This document shows positions 23,282-37,100 of a stretch of DNA of 64,000 nt, one piece after another. Source of the stretch: Takakia lepidozioides (Eukaryota; Plantae; Bryophyta); the NCBI GenBank assembly GCA_030704615.1, contig CM060734.1:19034001-19098000 (forward strand), in the 5' to 3' direction. The position numbers and the translations under genes are program-made. A model generated the notes under the pieces. The model was not told where the DNA came from. It did no database searches and saw nothing but the letters and a program-made list of their open reading frames with translations. Positions within the stretch are counted from its first letter, which is position 1, and each line of letters starts with the position of its first letter.

Positions 23282-23879
23282 AAAAATAAAATATTTGTCT
23301 CACATCTGTTGCACGTTGTCTTATTCTACATTGCTTTCATCAATCTACCTTTCCCCAAATGACAGACATCATGGATTAAATCTTATCATGTGCTTCATGA
23401 GGGATTTTCTCCAATTTGTGATGTTTGTGCAAACGACATTGATTGTTGTGCTTGGTTCAAATAAATGTTAGAATGACATCCTCATTCAACATTCATCCAC
23501 AACTTTTCATCCATATTCATCCATATTCGGAGCGTGCTGACTCTCCTTCATCCTCATTAATTCATCCACAACCATTTTTCTATATTCGGTCTCTGTAAAC
23601 ACAATCATTCAGCAACATTCAGTATAAGCTCTCTTCTGCACTTCGCCTCGTCGCCCACATATGGTTCCCTATGTGCCGAATGCGCAAGTCCGCGGCTAGA
23701 GGCCCCCTTCTGCCTATTCGGTCCACGGTTATAGGCCCGTGCCTATGGAAATGATGTGGCTTCACGTGACGTGGCGTCAACCACGCTGGCAAGGTCTGCT
23801 GACATGGCGTCAGACCCGTGAGCCAACGTGGCGTGAGCCTGGCTGCTCTCACATGCTCACGCTCACACTTTCAGGGGGG

Positions 23880-24650
23880 AGCATCCCCCCTTTATGATCG
23901 GCAGCGGTTGTCACAACCGTTTTACCTTTAGGAGCTGCAGACATGGGGTGGTCCAAGAAATTCATACCTGTCCTTCGACACCAATTTCTTATGTGCAGAG
24001 TGGAAACAATGTGTTTTTTTTCCAAAATTTGCAAACAAGTTGTGGAGCATAGTTTTACTGTGGTTCCCGCTGCTGCCACCAAAGTCCTTGATGCACTCAC
24101 CACAAAATAGTTTCACAATCCCAACGCCATTATGATCCCACGACTTCAAGTACCAAATGTGGTCATCCATAGCATTTGTTTTCATCTCTTCTCTCAATTT
24201 CTCGGTAGCTTAGAGGTATTCCTCCATTACCTCTTTCGACACCAACACAAACTTCAAATCAGGTTCACCTAATTCATCGCAACACCACTTGTCCTAGAAG
24301 AAGCACCTGGCGGTGGCAGTGTGCATAGGGAGTCCAAATCTACGTAAGCTTCATACGGTTGGGACAGACATGGATCAAGTGTTGATCCGTGTGCCTCTAC
24401 TAGTCGTTTTCGTTTTGAACTGTCTAAGGACACATCACATAATATAGGGATTACACTTCCGCCCCGACCATGTTAAACCTCTTCAGTTTCATTTTGATCC
24501 TACAGTTTGTGTCACGATCCCAGAACTCATCCTCAAGAACAAACCTAAATGTGGCAAACGAATCACCTTCCCGACATGTAAACGGACCTATCAACTTTGG
24601 CTTGGAAGCCTCAGTCTCAAGACTGAAAAGCTTTAGCTTGATCGACATGT
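23880..24650 (-). pseudogene. degraded ORF with zinc-finger-like motif, probably TE-derived
   Basis: KLFCGECIKDF...LHNLFANF..KTH..S..H; frameshifts and stops. Confidence 0.35.
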
Positions 24651-24754
24651 CTACTTTCTTGTTATCTTTCTATCTCTCTGTTTCCAACCTCTCATCCCTG
24701 GCACTAGACCCAGACAGATATGAAACTTGGTAAGAGACGCAAAAGTGCTCCCAC

Positions 24755-25270
24755 CTGCGATGTGATGATAAGGAAGAGGCACGCAGCGAAGGCTATCTCC
24801 TTTTTGTAGAAGGCCTTGATTATATTGACCACGTAGATCCCATACGAATTCCCAGACCCAAAACTAGTGCCCGCATTGGCAAAGATAGTGATGAGTACGT
24901 GCTCCTTCATGTTGAAAGGTCCTGGATTCATTGAAAATTCAAAGCCTGTTCAATTCACCCGCACCAAATTACTGGGCGACACCTTTGCCAGAATATGTCC
25001 TATTGGCAGGACCGCCACCTGCGCCGAGACAGCTGAGATCACCATCGGCTCCGTGCGATACGAGAAGAACATGTTGAGAAATGAGAGAAGGGCGCAGGAT
25101 GCGATACCCAGTGTCCACATCCTGAATGTCCAAAGGGGCAGGCTGCGACCGTAGTAGGAACTGTAAGGGCCACTTCTTCAACCGGAGATTGATCTTCAGG
25201 GGAGTCTTCGTCTTTTTCCTCTTCATCCTCTCTCGCTTTGAACGGACCCACTTCCTCTGCCAATTCCAAA
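24755..25270 (-). pseudogene. OPT: oligopeptide transporter (OPT family) first-exon fragment
   Basis: QSPVEEVALTVPT...WTFRMWTLG...NPGPFNMKEHVLITIFANAG...FYKKEI...ITSQ followed by a GT donor; frameshifted; no downstream exons. Confidence 0.85.
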
Positions 25271-28200
25271 GCATACAACTGTTCTTCAAAGCCAACTCGC
25301 CCTTCAAGCTAAGACAGACTAGCAACACTGTCAGATTGTAGGATACACGGCAGCAGCATCAGACATCCGCATGGAGTTCCTGCCAAGGATAGAAGACTTC
25401 CCGCATAAGTGCACAGAAAACAGACAAACCTCTGTCGCACACATTGCTCACCAGAAGTGGGCAATGGGTGATAGGCCCAGCATTAGAGATCTCGGTTTCA
25501 GAAAAGGCGCTGTTGCTGCTACTTCCCCATGCCTTCTCAGACATTGTTCGCCCATCCATGAAAATAAAGGCAAGAGTTAACACAAAACACATACATGAAG
25601 AACACTCAACTTTACAGACGTAACACTCTGTAACAGCTTAGAGGAAGAAGCGCCGCAACGCAATGGACATGCAAGGTAACGACCATCAAACTCGACCTCA
25701 ATCTCGATCGCACACATGCATTCACAAATCCAATACTCATCCAAAGCCCCAAACCATGTGGCACTATCGCATAGCCAGATCTCAATCCACCTATATCACA
25801 CAAAGGTGCCACATATGTATGCTTTGATCCTAATCCTAGTTCCAAACTAGCTGTTAGAGTAAGACAAATCGCCACCTCCCCATAACTATTCCATCCAGCT
25901 CATATTTCATCCATAGATGTTACCTACTTACATTCATCTACCCAGGGGAATCATAATGGCGAAGGGAATACTAGCTCCACAACCCCCCCCCCTTTTTTTT
26001 TCTTCTTTTAAAAAAAAATGTAACACAAAGGCAACGATTTTTTTTTAATAAATATAATTTTCATAATACCACAACTCTTTGTTAAAATTAAACTTTTAGA
26101 ATTTTTATTTCTTAAAAATTTGTTGGACCCTATGTTTTATCGCACAAGGTTTGGAATTCATGCCGAGTGACTTTCCCTAGCCCAATCCGGGGTCCGTGTA
26201 CTTCTCCTTCAAGACTAGTAGGAGGAGGAAGTGTGTTGAGTGCGGTGTTCGGCCAAAGGTATTTTTGTGCAATGTGTTGAGCCACAACCTTATTTGAATG
26301 TAATTAGTTGTATGTTCCCCAATTTAATTGGTGACTTTCTTACTGTAGAAAAGTGGAGATCTTTGATGCCAAAGAAGTGGTATCCTCTTTATGGCATTTT
26401 TTCTATGTAGTTGTCCATGTCTAGATTGTCACTTGACAAGTCCAGGTGAGTGTAGGCTTAGTACAACTACTGCAAAAATAATAGGTGTCAAAGTTATTTC
26501 TGAAACAAGCGCTTTTGGAGTGTGACATTAGTTTGTCATGCTGCAGATTTTGATGATGCAATTTTGTTGCTCTCTAGTAAATGTTTTGATGTTCTTCTTT
26601 TGTGTAGTGTACAGCTCCGAGGCAACTTAAAGCTATAAAATATTGGAAAATTTTGAGTTGATCTCATCACCCAAACATCTAGGACTCTACATCCAATTTG
26701 TATATTTTGTGAGTGAGGCCCAAAAATGGATGGGCCCACTTTCAACGGTGGGGTTTTCTTTTGTTAGCCATAATATCAGTAAAACAATGGCAGGGCCTCC
26801 GTGTATCTCACGCCTTGTTTGTTTTGTTTTGTACGTTGAGATGTCCCAAACCACGGGCCGAGCCCCACCCCGGTGCTTGGTACTGTTGGAAAACCCTCAA
26901 TGATGAGGGGTGCACCGGCTTGGTCTCATGATTTTTGATCTAGGATGTGGGAGATATGGAATTTCAAGTACTTTTGGTTGTTGGAAATTCATGAAAAATA
27001 GCAGAGTGGGCTTTCCTGGGACAATGATTGGAGCCTCGACCGGAGATATATCAATAATGATCAATTGGATATATTACTGCTAAATTCATGGAAAAGAATA
27101 AATTGGGCCTTGACATAGGAGATGCATGGACATAGAAGACGCACATGGGAAATGCCCTTGGATACATAGGAGACGCATTTGGACACATAGGAGATTACAC
27201 ATGGGCTTAGATGACACTTGGGCCAACGACCGACCCACTTGGTTTCACAAAATTTGGACATACAGGCGGAGAATTATGGAAATATGAACAATTTTGGTCG
27301 CTAAAAATTCAACTAAATTACAAAATTAAGTGTGCACTTTGGGCCTCTACATGGGAGAAGTACTTGGATACAAATGCACTTGGTCTTAGAGTACAATTCT
27401 TCACACATGGGCCAATGGCACAAGCTACCCTAGTATAAAATCTGATTGTAGGGGGGGGCAAAAGTTGGACAAGCATAAACCCTAAAAGAAAATTAACCCG
27501 TAAATGCCCAGTGCTATCATCTTTGATTTTTTCCAAACATCCAACCCTGCGGCGTAAAATCATAATATTTATGTGAAAAAATTCAAAAAATTTACCCGAC
27601 ATTAGGTTCCTATCTAACTGCTGTTGGGCCTGCTAATTTCCAAGTCAATCAGGATAGCGTGACGTACACTTAAGCCCTGTTGTTGACTAATTTGGTATTT
27701 AATAGCAGTGCATATACCATGCACATATCAGTCTTTCACCTTGTACCAATACAACACTGGTCTCTATTTTTAAAAGCAAAAGAAAAAATGATTAAAAATG
27801 ATTAAAATGATTAAAATGATTAAAAATAATAATAAAATGTACAATTTATTATAAAATACTATATGTATATCTTCATATTATACTATGTCCTCCTCATTCA
27901 TAACTTATCACCTGCCTTTTTGGCAATGAGGTAAAAAAACAAATGGCATTGTGGGCTTGAGTAGAACACATAAAGAACACGAAGAACCTCTGATCACTTG
28001 GGATATAAACACATATTCTCATTTGATCTATGAATAGATGAAAATACATAGACAATCAGCCATGAATAGAACACATTAAAAACATAAGGAGCATGTGCCC
28101 AACTGGGACCCACTCGAGGTATAAGGTACTTCATGCTGCATATGGGATGCATATCAATGCTCAAAGGCCAACAAAAAAATGAAAAAATGAGTGTAACATG

Positions 28201-29734
28201 TGCCCAATTGGGAACTAAAAACTTTCATATTCCCATTAAGTCTCATGGGAACAACCCATAATATAAGGTTAAGGGCTCTTAAAGAGTGAAGTCGAGTTGA
28301 TTATTGGTTTGCCAGAAGCTTGTTATGCTTTGGTTAGGGTACAGAAAGCCTTCGCCCCAAAAAAGAGATCTTCGTTCCCTCATAGTAACAGGGATGGCAA
28401 AGTGCCCTCTCATGTGTGCGTGGGGGGAGGCCATACACATGGCACCGTCTTTTGTTTGTTGTTGCCGGTCGTGTAGGCTCACATCAGGCAGGAGACTAAC
28501 ATTTCAGGTTGTGCAGCTGCAATCGGCACCCACTTTGACTTCGCCTGGCCCAAGCCCAGTGATGGGTATCACCATCCTTGGGGGATACCCATGAAAGGTA
28601 GAGACATGAAGCCTTTTGTAAAAAATTTGGTCTAAAGTGTGTGTGTTGGAGGGATCCTGGTGCTGCAACTGCAGATATAACTCGTCCTTCTTCCAGCGGC
28701 TCCTTCAGTGTACTCAATATCCGAGGCTCCTGGAAGTTTCTCCTGTCCATTCATTGTATTGGGGACAACAAAATTTATTTGTATGGGGAGTCTTCGGCTA
28801 CAACCATGTGAGATACTACCCTGGTTTATTGGGGTTAAAAACACCCACCAAGTTTCTCCTGGCTCAGAGCTAGGATAGAGCTTGCACATAACCACTGAAA
28901 TCCCTTGAAAATTTCGAAGAGATGCAAGCAAGTAGTTGAAGGTCACTTGATCGTGTGGAAGTACTTTACCATAGATGTGACACACGTAGCAGGGTACCAC
29001 ATTTAAGAGACATATGGAACATCCCAATGCACTACATGGATGTGGGGACTAATTTATCTCTCGTTTTCTGGGACAGGTCGCCTGCAGCAAAGGGCCGCAA
29101 GAGTGAGTGCAAGTGATGGAACTCAAGGTACTAGGGGAGAGGGCCCTGAGACATTTTTAATATGGAAGAAGTAGGCCATTTCTCGAAATGCATGAGCGAT
29201 TTCTTGTCTGCCTGACAGTAATTTCCTTTTCCCCTTGGCCCACACTCTCTCTTTGTTTATAGCGAAATGAGTGTATCGATGTTTGGTCTTCACTCAATCT
29301 TCGTACTTGATCCAGGTCTATTGACACGCCATGCTCCTTCTATGTGTTCTTTGGGGGGTTTAGGTTATGGCCAAAACATGGAGTTTCTAACATTGTCCCA
29401 CCCACAAAAAAAAAAAAAAGTATGCACAAATCCAAGTTTTTTCCGATCCACGCGGTGAGACCATGAGTTTCTATGAACCTCATGACACGTCCAAATTTTA
29501 TAGACATCCAACGGTAAAATTTCCAAAATTTGAGGGTTGAGTGGGCCAGGTGTTTTGGAGCCCATCTGCCTACAAATTGCCTACACCGATAGACATATCC
29601 GGGAACAAAAAATGGGCCACTTAGTCATTTCCTGGCGTTTCTACATGGAGCCCCTTGATGAGGGGCCCGCATGGCAAACGCCAAAGCTGGGGTACTTTCA
29701 TGTCAATTAATATTTAATATTTGACACCTCCTGA

Positions 29735-29886
29735 AAGAAGCGTAAATTATGGTGTCTCTTCACCCCGAAGGGTTACTACCTTATGCTAGGAAGGTGGACA
29801 CCTTTGTGACACCAAGGGTGGATTGAACCCACAACCACTTCTGAGGTGGTATGTGCCCATTACCATTGGGCTACAACTTGGTTGTT
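29735..29886 (-). mobile_element. tRNA-derived SINE, family 1
   Basis: A box TAGCCCAATGG, B box GGTTCAATCC; second copy at 59344-59485. Confidence 0.7.
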
Positions 29887-30299
29887 GCTTTCATGTCACA
29901 TAGGGTGAACAACCTTCTTCGCCACCGATGGCTCATTCACGCCGTACATACAACCGCTGCATCCCCCAATAGAAATTGGCCATGCAGGTGGTCAACCCTG
30001 CATGGCCCTTCTCTTGCCATATGTTTTTAAGCATGGAGGTTTTTGCTAAAATCTGCAGGTCGGAGTTTTGCTCCAACTACATGCTTTCAATGCAGGGGTG
30101 TGGGCCATGTTGTTAGCAATTTTTTTGCTTCAGGAACCATGTCATTTGGATGTGACTCTATAGAAGCCACGTGCACCTCCACCTTTGAGGAGGAGACCAA
30201 AGAGTTTTACGATGTAAAGTTGTACAGCTTTAAATTTTACAGGAAACATGAGGTATTTGAACATATGATAGAAAAACCCCAAAACCTGGGAAAAAGGGA

Positions 30300-32570
30300 A
30301 GAAAGGGAAGCAAGCTAAACTAAACTATTCAAACTTATCAGTCATCCCAACCTACTGCTTGAAGTAGGTCGGAGGGCAACATGGGTGTAACGTTTGGGAG
30401 AGTTGGGAGGGGGGATGAAGCCGATCCAGCTACGTCCGCCGATGTAAAATGGCCATTGCTTGAGCTCTTTGTAATGCAACGGCCACTTTTTGTCTATAAA
30501 AGGCCAAAAGAATAGAGGCATAAGGAATGCCCGGTCTTGTTTTGGGCCGCTTGATGGGCACATGAACGGAGTAGGTCGTCAAACCGGCGATGGAGACAGT
30601 CGAATACCTCTACAGCCAAGAGGATGAAAGTGTCGGTAGGATGTATGTCTCGATAGTCGCATTCCTTGGCTTGAGCAGCAACCAAAGCCATGGAGCCCTG
30701 GGGGACTTGAAAGTAGGTCGGATCGGGTAGGGTCGGTAATGACAAAGTCCGCTAGGGTGCGAAGACCATCTTTAGACAAGATGATATCGATACGTCGTCG
30801 TGTGGACTAAAGAGTGTGAGAAGGGAAGACGTGAGATTGCTCTCGCAGGACATGAAAACCAGCCTCTCGCGTATTCAATGCGACGGCTTCTCGGGACGTC
30901 ATGGGTGGCGGTGCGATCTCCCCCACATGGACATCGAATGAGGTGGACAGCAAGTGCGTCGATAGGTTGGTGGCAAACACAATGTCGCAGACCTAACACA
31001 TAAGCATGCGGTAGCCCAAGTCGCAAATAAAGAGCCGTGGCAAAGATAGGTGATGACAAACGAAAGGGAATGATGGTGGGTCGAGCTGTCAGCACTGCAC
31101 CTGGCCCTGCACAAGATAGAAGCCTGGCACGATGCACATCAGATGAAGAGCTACTGGAAAGCATGCCGGAGAATGAGTGTTGGTGCACGCGGTCCATGAC
31201 AGTCTCCTGTAGGTAATCGATGCCTTGGGCAAACAACTGCTCGAATGGATGAAGATGCGCTCGTGCTGGTGCCGGAAGAAGATCTCGTGCAGAACAAATA
31301 TGTTGTTGGAAAGTAAAGAATGCCAGTGTCGACGTGAGCAATGGGGTCCATGAACATGGGTCGTTGACTGCATAGAAATGCAAAGGCAGGGGCAATCAAT
31401 GCCTAGCTGCCCAAGAACGCAGAGGGGGAAGTGTTGACTGTGGAGAGCAAGCCTACACCTCCAAAAGAGATGGGAATGACAGCTTGTTGGCGAGCTAAAG
31501 CACCCTCGGATCCATCCAAAGCCCCCGGTTCCAGACGACGACCAAAGATATTCATGATGGTAGCATCAAACCTTGACAATAACCACAAAAACTCAGGGGT
31601 AGGGGGGGGGGAAGTCCCGAGAAGATAGGATGACCATTAGATATAGCATTTTGTGAGGATGCCGTACGCTACCTGTAGGTTCCTGTGGCGAGGAAGGAGG
31701 TCGGAATGAATGACATCTTGATCAAGGGCATTCTCCAAGAAAGAGGAAATAAAAGAGGTGGTACCGAGGGGGACGCCCAAGACGCGAATGCCATCAGACA
31801 GTGTGATGAAGTGTGTAGGAGGTACAAAGTATGGGGGCAAGCCGGCTGGAGACCATGTAACACACTTGCGAGGTTAAACTGATAGTCCCACATCCTGAAG
31901 CTGAGCGGCAAAGTGGTTGTACGCAGAAGCACCTCGGAGGCCGGACCAATGATGTGAGTGTCGTCAGCAACTGAGGAGAACTGGCATGACGGGAATGCTG
32001 TTGCAGATGACATAACTGTGCACAAATGTGCCATGGCAAACAACGGTCCCCCCAAAGCATCGCCCTATCGGGTGCCAACCTCAGACCGGATGACAATGTA
32101 GTTGCCTGTACGAGAACAGTGACTGTAGAAAAGGGGGGCGGCAGAAGCATAGAACAGTCCGACAAAAAGGATGAGTTGGTGAAAATCTCCTCCAGCCGAG
32201 CGAAGTTCTTGGAAGATGGCGCTGCAGGAGACGGAGGTGAAAGCATTTGCTACATCGACCTGAAACACAACCAATTCGGGTGAAGGTTGAGAATAGCCCA
32301 AATCCCATGTATCACAGCCTCACAACCGCCTGGAGTGGCAACGCCAAACTGATGTGGGAAGAGGTGGGTAGAGAATGCATCACGTACTGCATGACAAAGG
32401 AACGACTGACAAGACGATACAAAACTTCCCTGATGGGAATGGAATGGATGCCATTTCCAGAGTGCTTGGTCATGGCTAGTAGTCGGGAGCTCAGAATCTG
32501 TGGACCGAGAATGCATCGTGAGGATCTAAAGCCATCTCTTACATATAGCGAGCCATGAATCAACTATGAG
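30300..32570 (-). mobile_element. 5'-truncated, degraded non-LTR retrotransposon with RT, zinc knuckle and restriction-like endonuclease (CRE-like)
   Basis: HQFGVATPGGCE; VFQVDVANAF; GTR..GD.LG; SVADDTHIIG; GIRVLGVPLG; GGVGL; CVC...HLIRC...RTATHD; LADFVITDP...AAQAK...LAVEVF. Confidence 0.8.
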
Positions 32571-34195
32571 GCGGGCTTTGGCTTTGCCATATTCCGTAAA
32601 TTTGGCTGTTTCGAACATAGTGCCATCAGCCAGAGCTCTCACCACTTGAGTGGCAGAATCAATGTCCTGCTCTCACTTTTATCTGTCTTTTCTAAACCAG
32701 TCACACAATTTGCCAGCATTCAAATCCTCCATGGTGACACTTTCTTGCTCTGCTAATGTATGACGCGTAGTAAGTTCACTGATGAACCTGTGCCCACAAA
32801 CCCCAGCAATTTGGCATGTATTTTGCATGTCCCCATACCTTAGAATGGATCTGGCTATGAGGGGGGCTAGCAAAAATGAACCCGATATTGGAAATTCTTG
32901 GTCAAACCTAACATTGTAGGTTTTTCAAATTCCCAAAAACAAAAGAGATCCCACCAAAGCACTATAATCTTGAAGAGTTTGTGGTGAAATTCTTCGAGAT
33001 TTGGTATGTGGATGTACGTGCTAGGTAGCAATAGGTTTGTAAGGTTCAAATTTATGGATGTAGTATGGTAGGTGGGGTAGCCTTGATTTTACTGTCTAGG
33101 GATAAGAAATTTAAAGGGCAAAAAACTCTATCTGTAGGAAGTTAAGGGTTAATCACGAGCCAAAAACAGAGCAACGACCCACCACAAGAAAAATATCCAA
33201 ACCAGAATACAAAGCAACAATGCCAGACAATCTTTCTAGTTCTTTCTAGTTCTTGCTTTCTCGTAGCTCCATCAGGCTTAGGTGTCCTTGCTTCATGCAG
33301 ACAACTTTACAACCCCAGAGATCAAGTGACATGGTAAACGCTCCCATGCAAGGACCCATGCCCATGGTTTACACAGATTTCAGGTGGTTGGAAAGGGTCC
33401 ACACCTCAAGTTATGCATGAATAAGTTCCAGGAGAAAGTGAACACTAGATACAGTCTCTCTCTTCCACTGTGGCAATTGCAGCCTGAAAGCATCAAGGAT
33501 GGCATTTTCATTTCATTGAATTCACAAGACCATGTAGTTACTTGGGTGAATCCGCCATAAGCTATAGCTCTTCGCTGTTAATCCTGTAAAGAATGTGATA
33601 ATCCGTCATACCGTAATACTTTCGAATAAGTCCTCAGCTCAATTGAACTTCTCTACCTGATCCATGAACGCCCACCTGGATTCAATAGAACAGTGACAAT
33701 GCCAGGGTGTGGAGCTTCAGAGAGAGACACAGAGAGATAGGTACATGTTGACCTTTTCAAGGGCACAAACCCCACAGGCTACTAACCCTACACCCACCAA
33801 GGATGCCACTCAGTTTGGTATGGCGTTTATGCATAATAGCCAGGGTAAGCTGGTTATAGTGCTATTCGAGAGCTGGCATTGACATCTTTGTCAAAATGCA
33901 CAATTTGATTTCAGCATTCTGAAGTGGCCCTCGACCCACACACAACACAAGGCCGCGACTGTGGTTCCATTGCCAGTAACTGAAGGAAGGGTCCAGAGGG
34001 GAAAAGACAGCGAAAGGATGGTGCACAGGTTTGCTGTCTGTAGACAAATAGCCTTTGTTTGCTCAAGGAAGTTGGGCCAAGAACTTCCCACCACCGAAGG
34101 AAAAGTGTTCGGTCTTGACCCACAAGCCCCTTGCAATCAACTAGAAAGATTGCAGATACTGGTACAAAGAAGCCATTTCCCAGCAAGATGAAGGC

Positions 34196-37100
34196 CTAAG
34201 TGTTTGTGAAGTTTAAGGCTGCCAGGTCGCTGAAAAAATCATAACTCTTACTCCTCCCTTTTGTGCGAGGTGGTTCCTCAAACCATGACCTACATCCACC
34301 ACCAGTTGGCAAAAATGTCAGAGAACAACCCATAAAATTGAAAAGGAATTGAATTTTGAGTCCAAACACTCCGCGGTTCACCTCCACAACGTCTATACTG
34401 AGCACAAATGATCAGATGTGAGATCTCTGGCAAGATATGAGTAAGATTGAGGCATCAGATCCACCTATAACGTAACAAAACATGCAGTTGTGGTCACGAG
34501 TCATATCTGTTGTACAGATTTATGTTAGTGATTTATCAGCAAGTCACCAAGAAATATTACAAGTAGCGTATATTGTGCCTTGTCAGGGTGACATGGTTTT
34601 GATGTTTCCCATGATTACAATACAACATTCATGTCACATCTTAAAGTACAGGAGAGAATACCTACATGTCAAGAGGGGGCTTGCTCGGGAGTACTTCAGG
34701 TTGTTGCGATAACAGTGGGAGTGGAGGAGGGGGAGGAGGAAGAGCCTCGTTTGACACAAAATCACAGAAGTCATCCTCACTATAATATGCCAGCTGTCCA
34801 ATAGTATTTGCAGGTTGCAGCCAAGAAGCATTGTTACCATTGACAAAGGCTTGTGTGGTGGCAGGGAGTCTTTGTGGCAGCAATTGACTAGCATCTTCAC
34901 CATGGATTACACCCTGCTCATGGACTTGTACCTGTGGTCCGAATCCAGCTAAGGATTGAAACGAATCCCTGTATACAGCTGCAGCTTGGCCCAGATTTGT
35001 GGATGAGGTCCTGTGCTGTGAGTCACACAAGTCGGAGAAATTCCTGGGCATTGACTCTGACAAATCTATAGCAATGCTTCTGGCCTGCCTCTGTGTAGAA
35101 GGTACGGTCTCTGCGAGTAGCCCACCTGCAAGAGGAACAAGTCCTAATAGCAAACCACTGGAAGACTTGGCCTGACTGGACAATGTGCCACCTGCTGCAG
35201 GTAAGGGTGCCCAATGTGATAAACCGTTCTCACTAGTTGCTGTCTGTGAATGGCCAGTGGACTGAATCTTAGATTCTGAGATGCTAACAGTTGGCAATCG
35301 GGCAGGTCCCCAAAGAAATAGATCGTCATCATTTGTTGTGTCCTGCCTGTCATTATTGAGGGGACTTGGAGCCTCTGCAATATCTGCAGGTAACCACTGG
35401 AAAAGATCTTCACCACTGGTCACAACTGATCCGTTATTTATGGGCAGGGTCTGAACCTGTGAAACTTCCACAGCTGGTGCCTGTCCAGACATCTCCTGAT
35501 GAAAAGAATTTGCATCACTGTTTACAGCCAGAACTTCATTTGTAGGAAAGCTCTGATTTTCCCCACTTGTCGCCGAAAGTTGAGTGGGTGGCCACTGAGA
35601 GAGATCTTCACTACTATTAGATGTCTGACCCCCATCAGCAGGCAGGGTCATAGTCTGTGGTGTACCAACAGAGCGAGACCGAACATGCAGGGATTTGAAT
35701 AAACGATCACTCTCATCATCAGGGAATGTCTTGGTCTCTGATCTGTCCACAGATTGAGATCGTGTATGCAGGGATCTAAGCAAATCCTCACCCACGGTCG
35801 ATGAATAAAGTTTTGCACCCATGCCAGCAGACTTCCCTTGATGGGAGGGCAGGCTCTCTCCCCATAGATCCCCCAAAGCTGGAAGTAGAGGTCCAGATGG
35901 TGGCTGAGAAAATTCTTCCCCGTCTGTAGCAACCTGTGTTCCAGAAAGCGTTTGGAGTACATTTTCACCACTGGAAACAGTTTGAAGCTGTGTGATAGGC
36001 TCGGCTTGTGACCAAACAAATTCATCATCACTCCACTCAGACTCATCAACGAAGGCATTTGTAACAGGCTCTTTAGACACAATCTCTTTGCCATTTGCAG
36101 AAACCTGCCCAAAAACAGGAGTGAGCAGGTCAATTAAGTTCACTAGCCAAAATAGTCTGGCTATTGAACACCCCCCTTGTAATGTCCCTCATATATATCT
36201 TGCTACTTTGGCTACACAATTGTATCATCTCGGTGCCCCTTGGAAAGACAAACATATTTCAGCACCAACTATCTCCTTGTCCCCTTCAGTCGATTACTCC
36301 CATGGCCCCTATTCCTGTAGACTGAAAAGTAAGAGAGTCAACATACAAAAACGTTATATTATTTCGGCGTCAAACATACCGTCTGTGACAGGATTGTTAG
36401 TTGATTAAAGCTTTCAAGCGGCCATGGAAAAGGATCATCTTCACTCCTTGCATGCAACCCAACTGGATCCAAAGTCAACTTTGCTGCTGTCTTAGTGGCC
36501 ACAGGCCACTCTGGAAGCGCATCAGTACATGGACCATTTGGAGTCTGCTGAAGGTTTCTTGATGGCATGGCTATCACCTTCTGATGATCATCCCGCACAG
36601 ACATTGAAGTTCAGTGTTCATGAGAATAAGAGTGCATGCACGTTATCAGAAAGTGGAAGTGCAGATAGTGTCAGAAAACTATGTGGTATAAAGCGTAATT
36701 ATCCAAGGGTATGCACGAATGTAGTTCCTCTCTTCCCTCCTCCCTGTTGTGAAGTTCGGATTTGACTAGAACATTCCCAGCAGAAAATATTACTTGTGAA
36801 GGAAGAGTTGTTGATTGGTCGATGTTATCCAGGGGCCATGAAAGGTTGTCAATGGTGGATGAATTGTCAGCCAAGCCAGATTTAGTTCCAGTTGTGGTGA
36901 ATGAAAGCAGTGGCGATGGCCACTCTAAAAACAGATTCGGGTTGCTGGTTGGGCCACTGGTTGGGCCAGTCTGTTGACGGTTGCTTGCTGAAAGGGCTGT
37001 CACCTTCTGGAGATCACCCTGCAAGGCAAACTTATGAGATTTTTGACCTGCTTTCTGTCTAATCTACATATCCAAATCAATCCCTTGATGGAATTTCCAA

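Noticed and set aside
28279-29100. Coding-like degraded sequence (similar cases at 32570-32870 and 49540-49910)
   Set aside because: No family could be recognised without a search.
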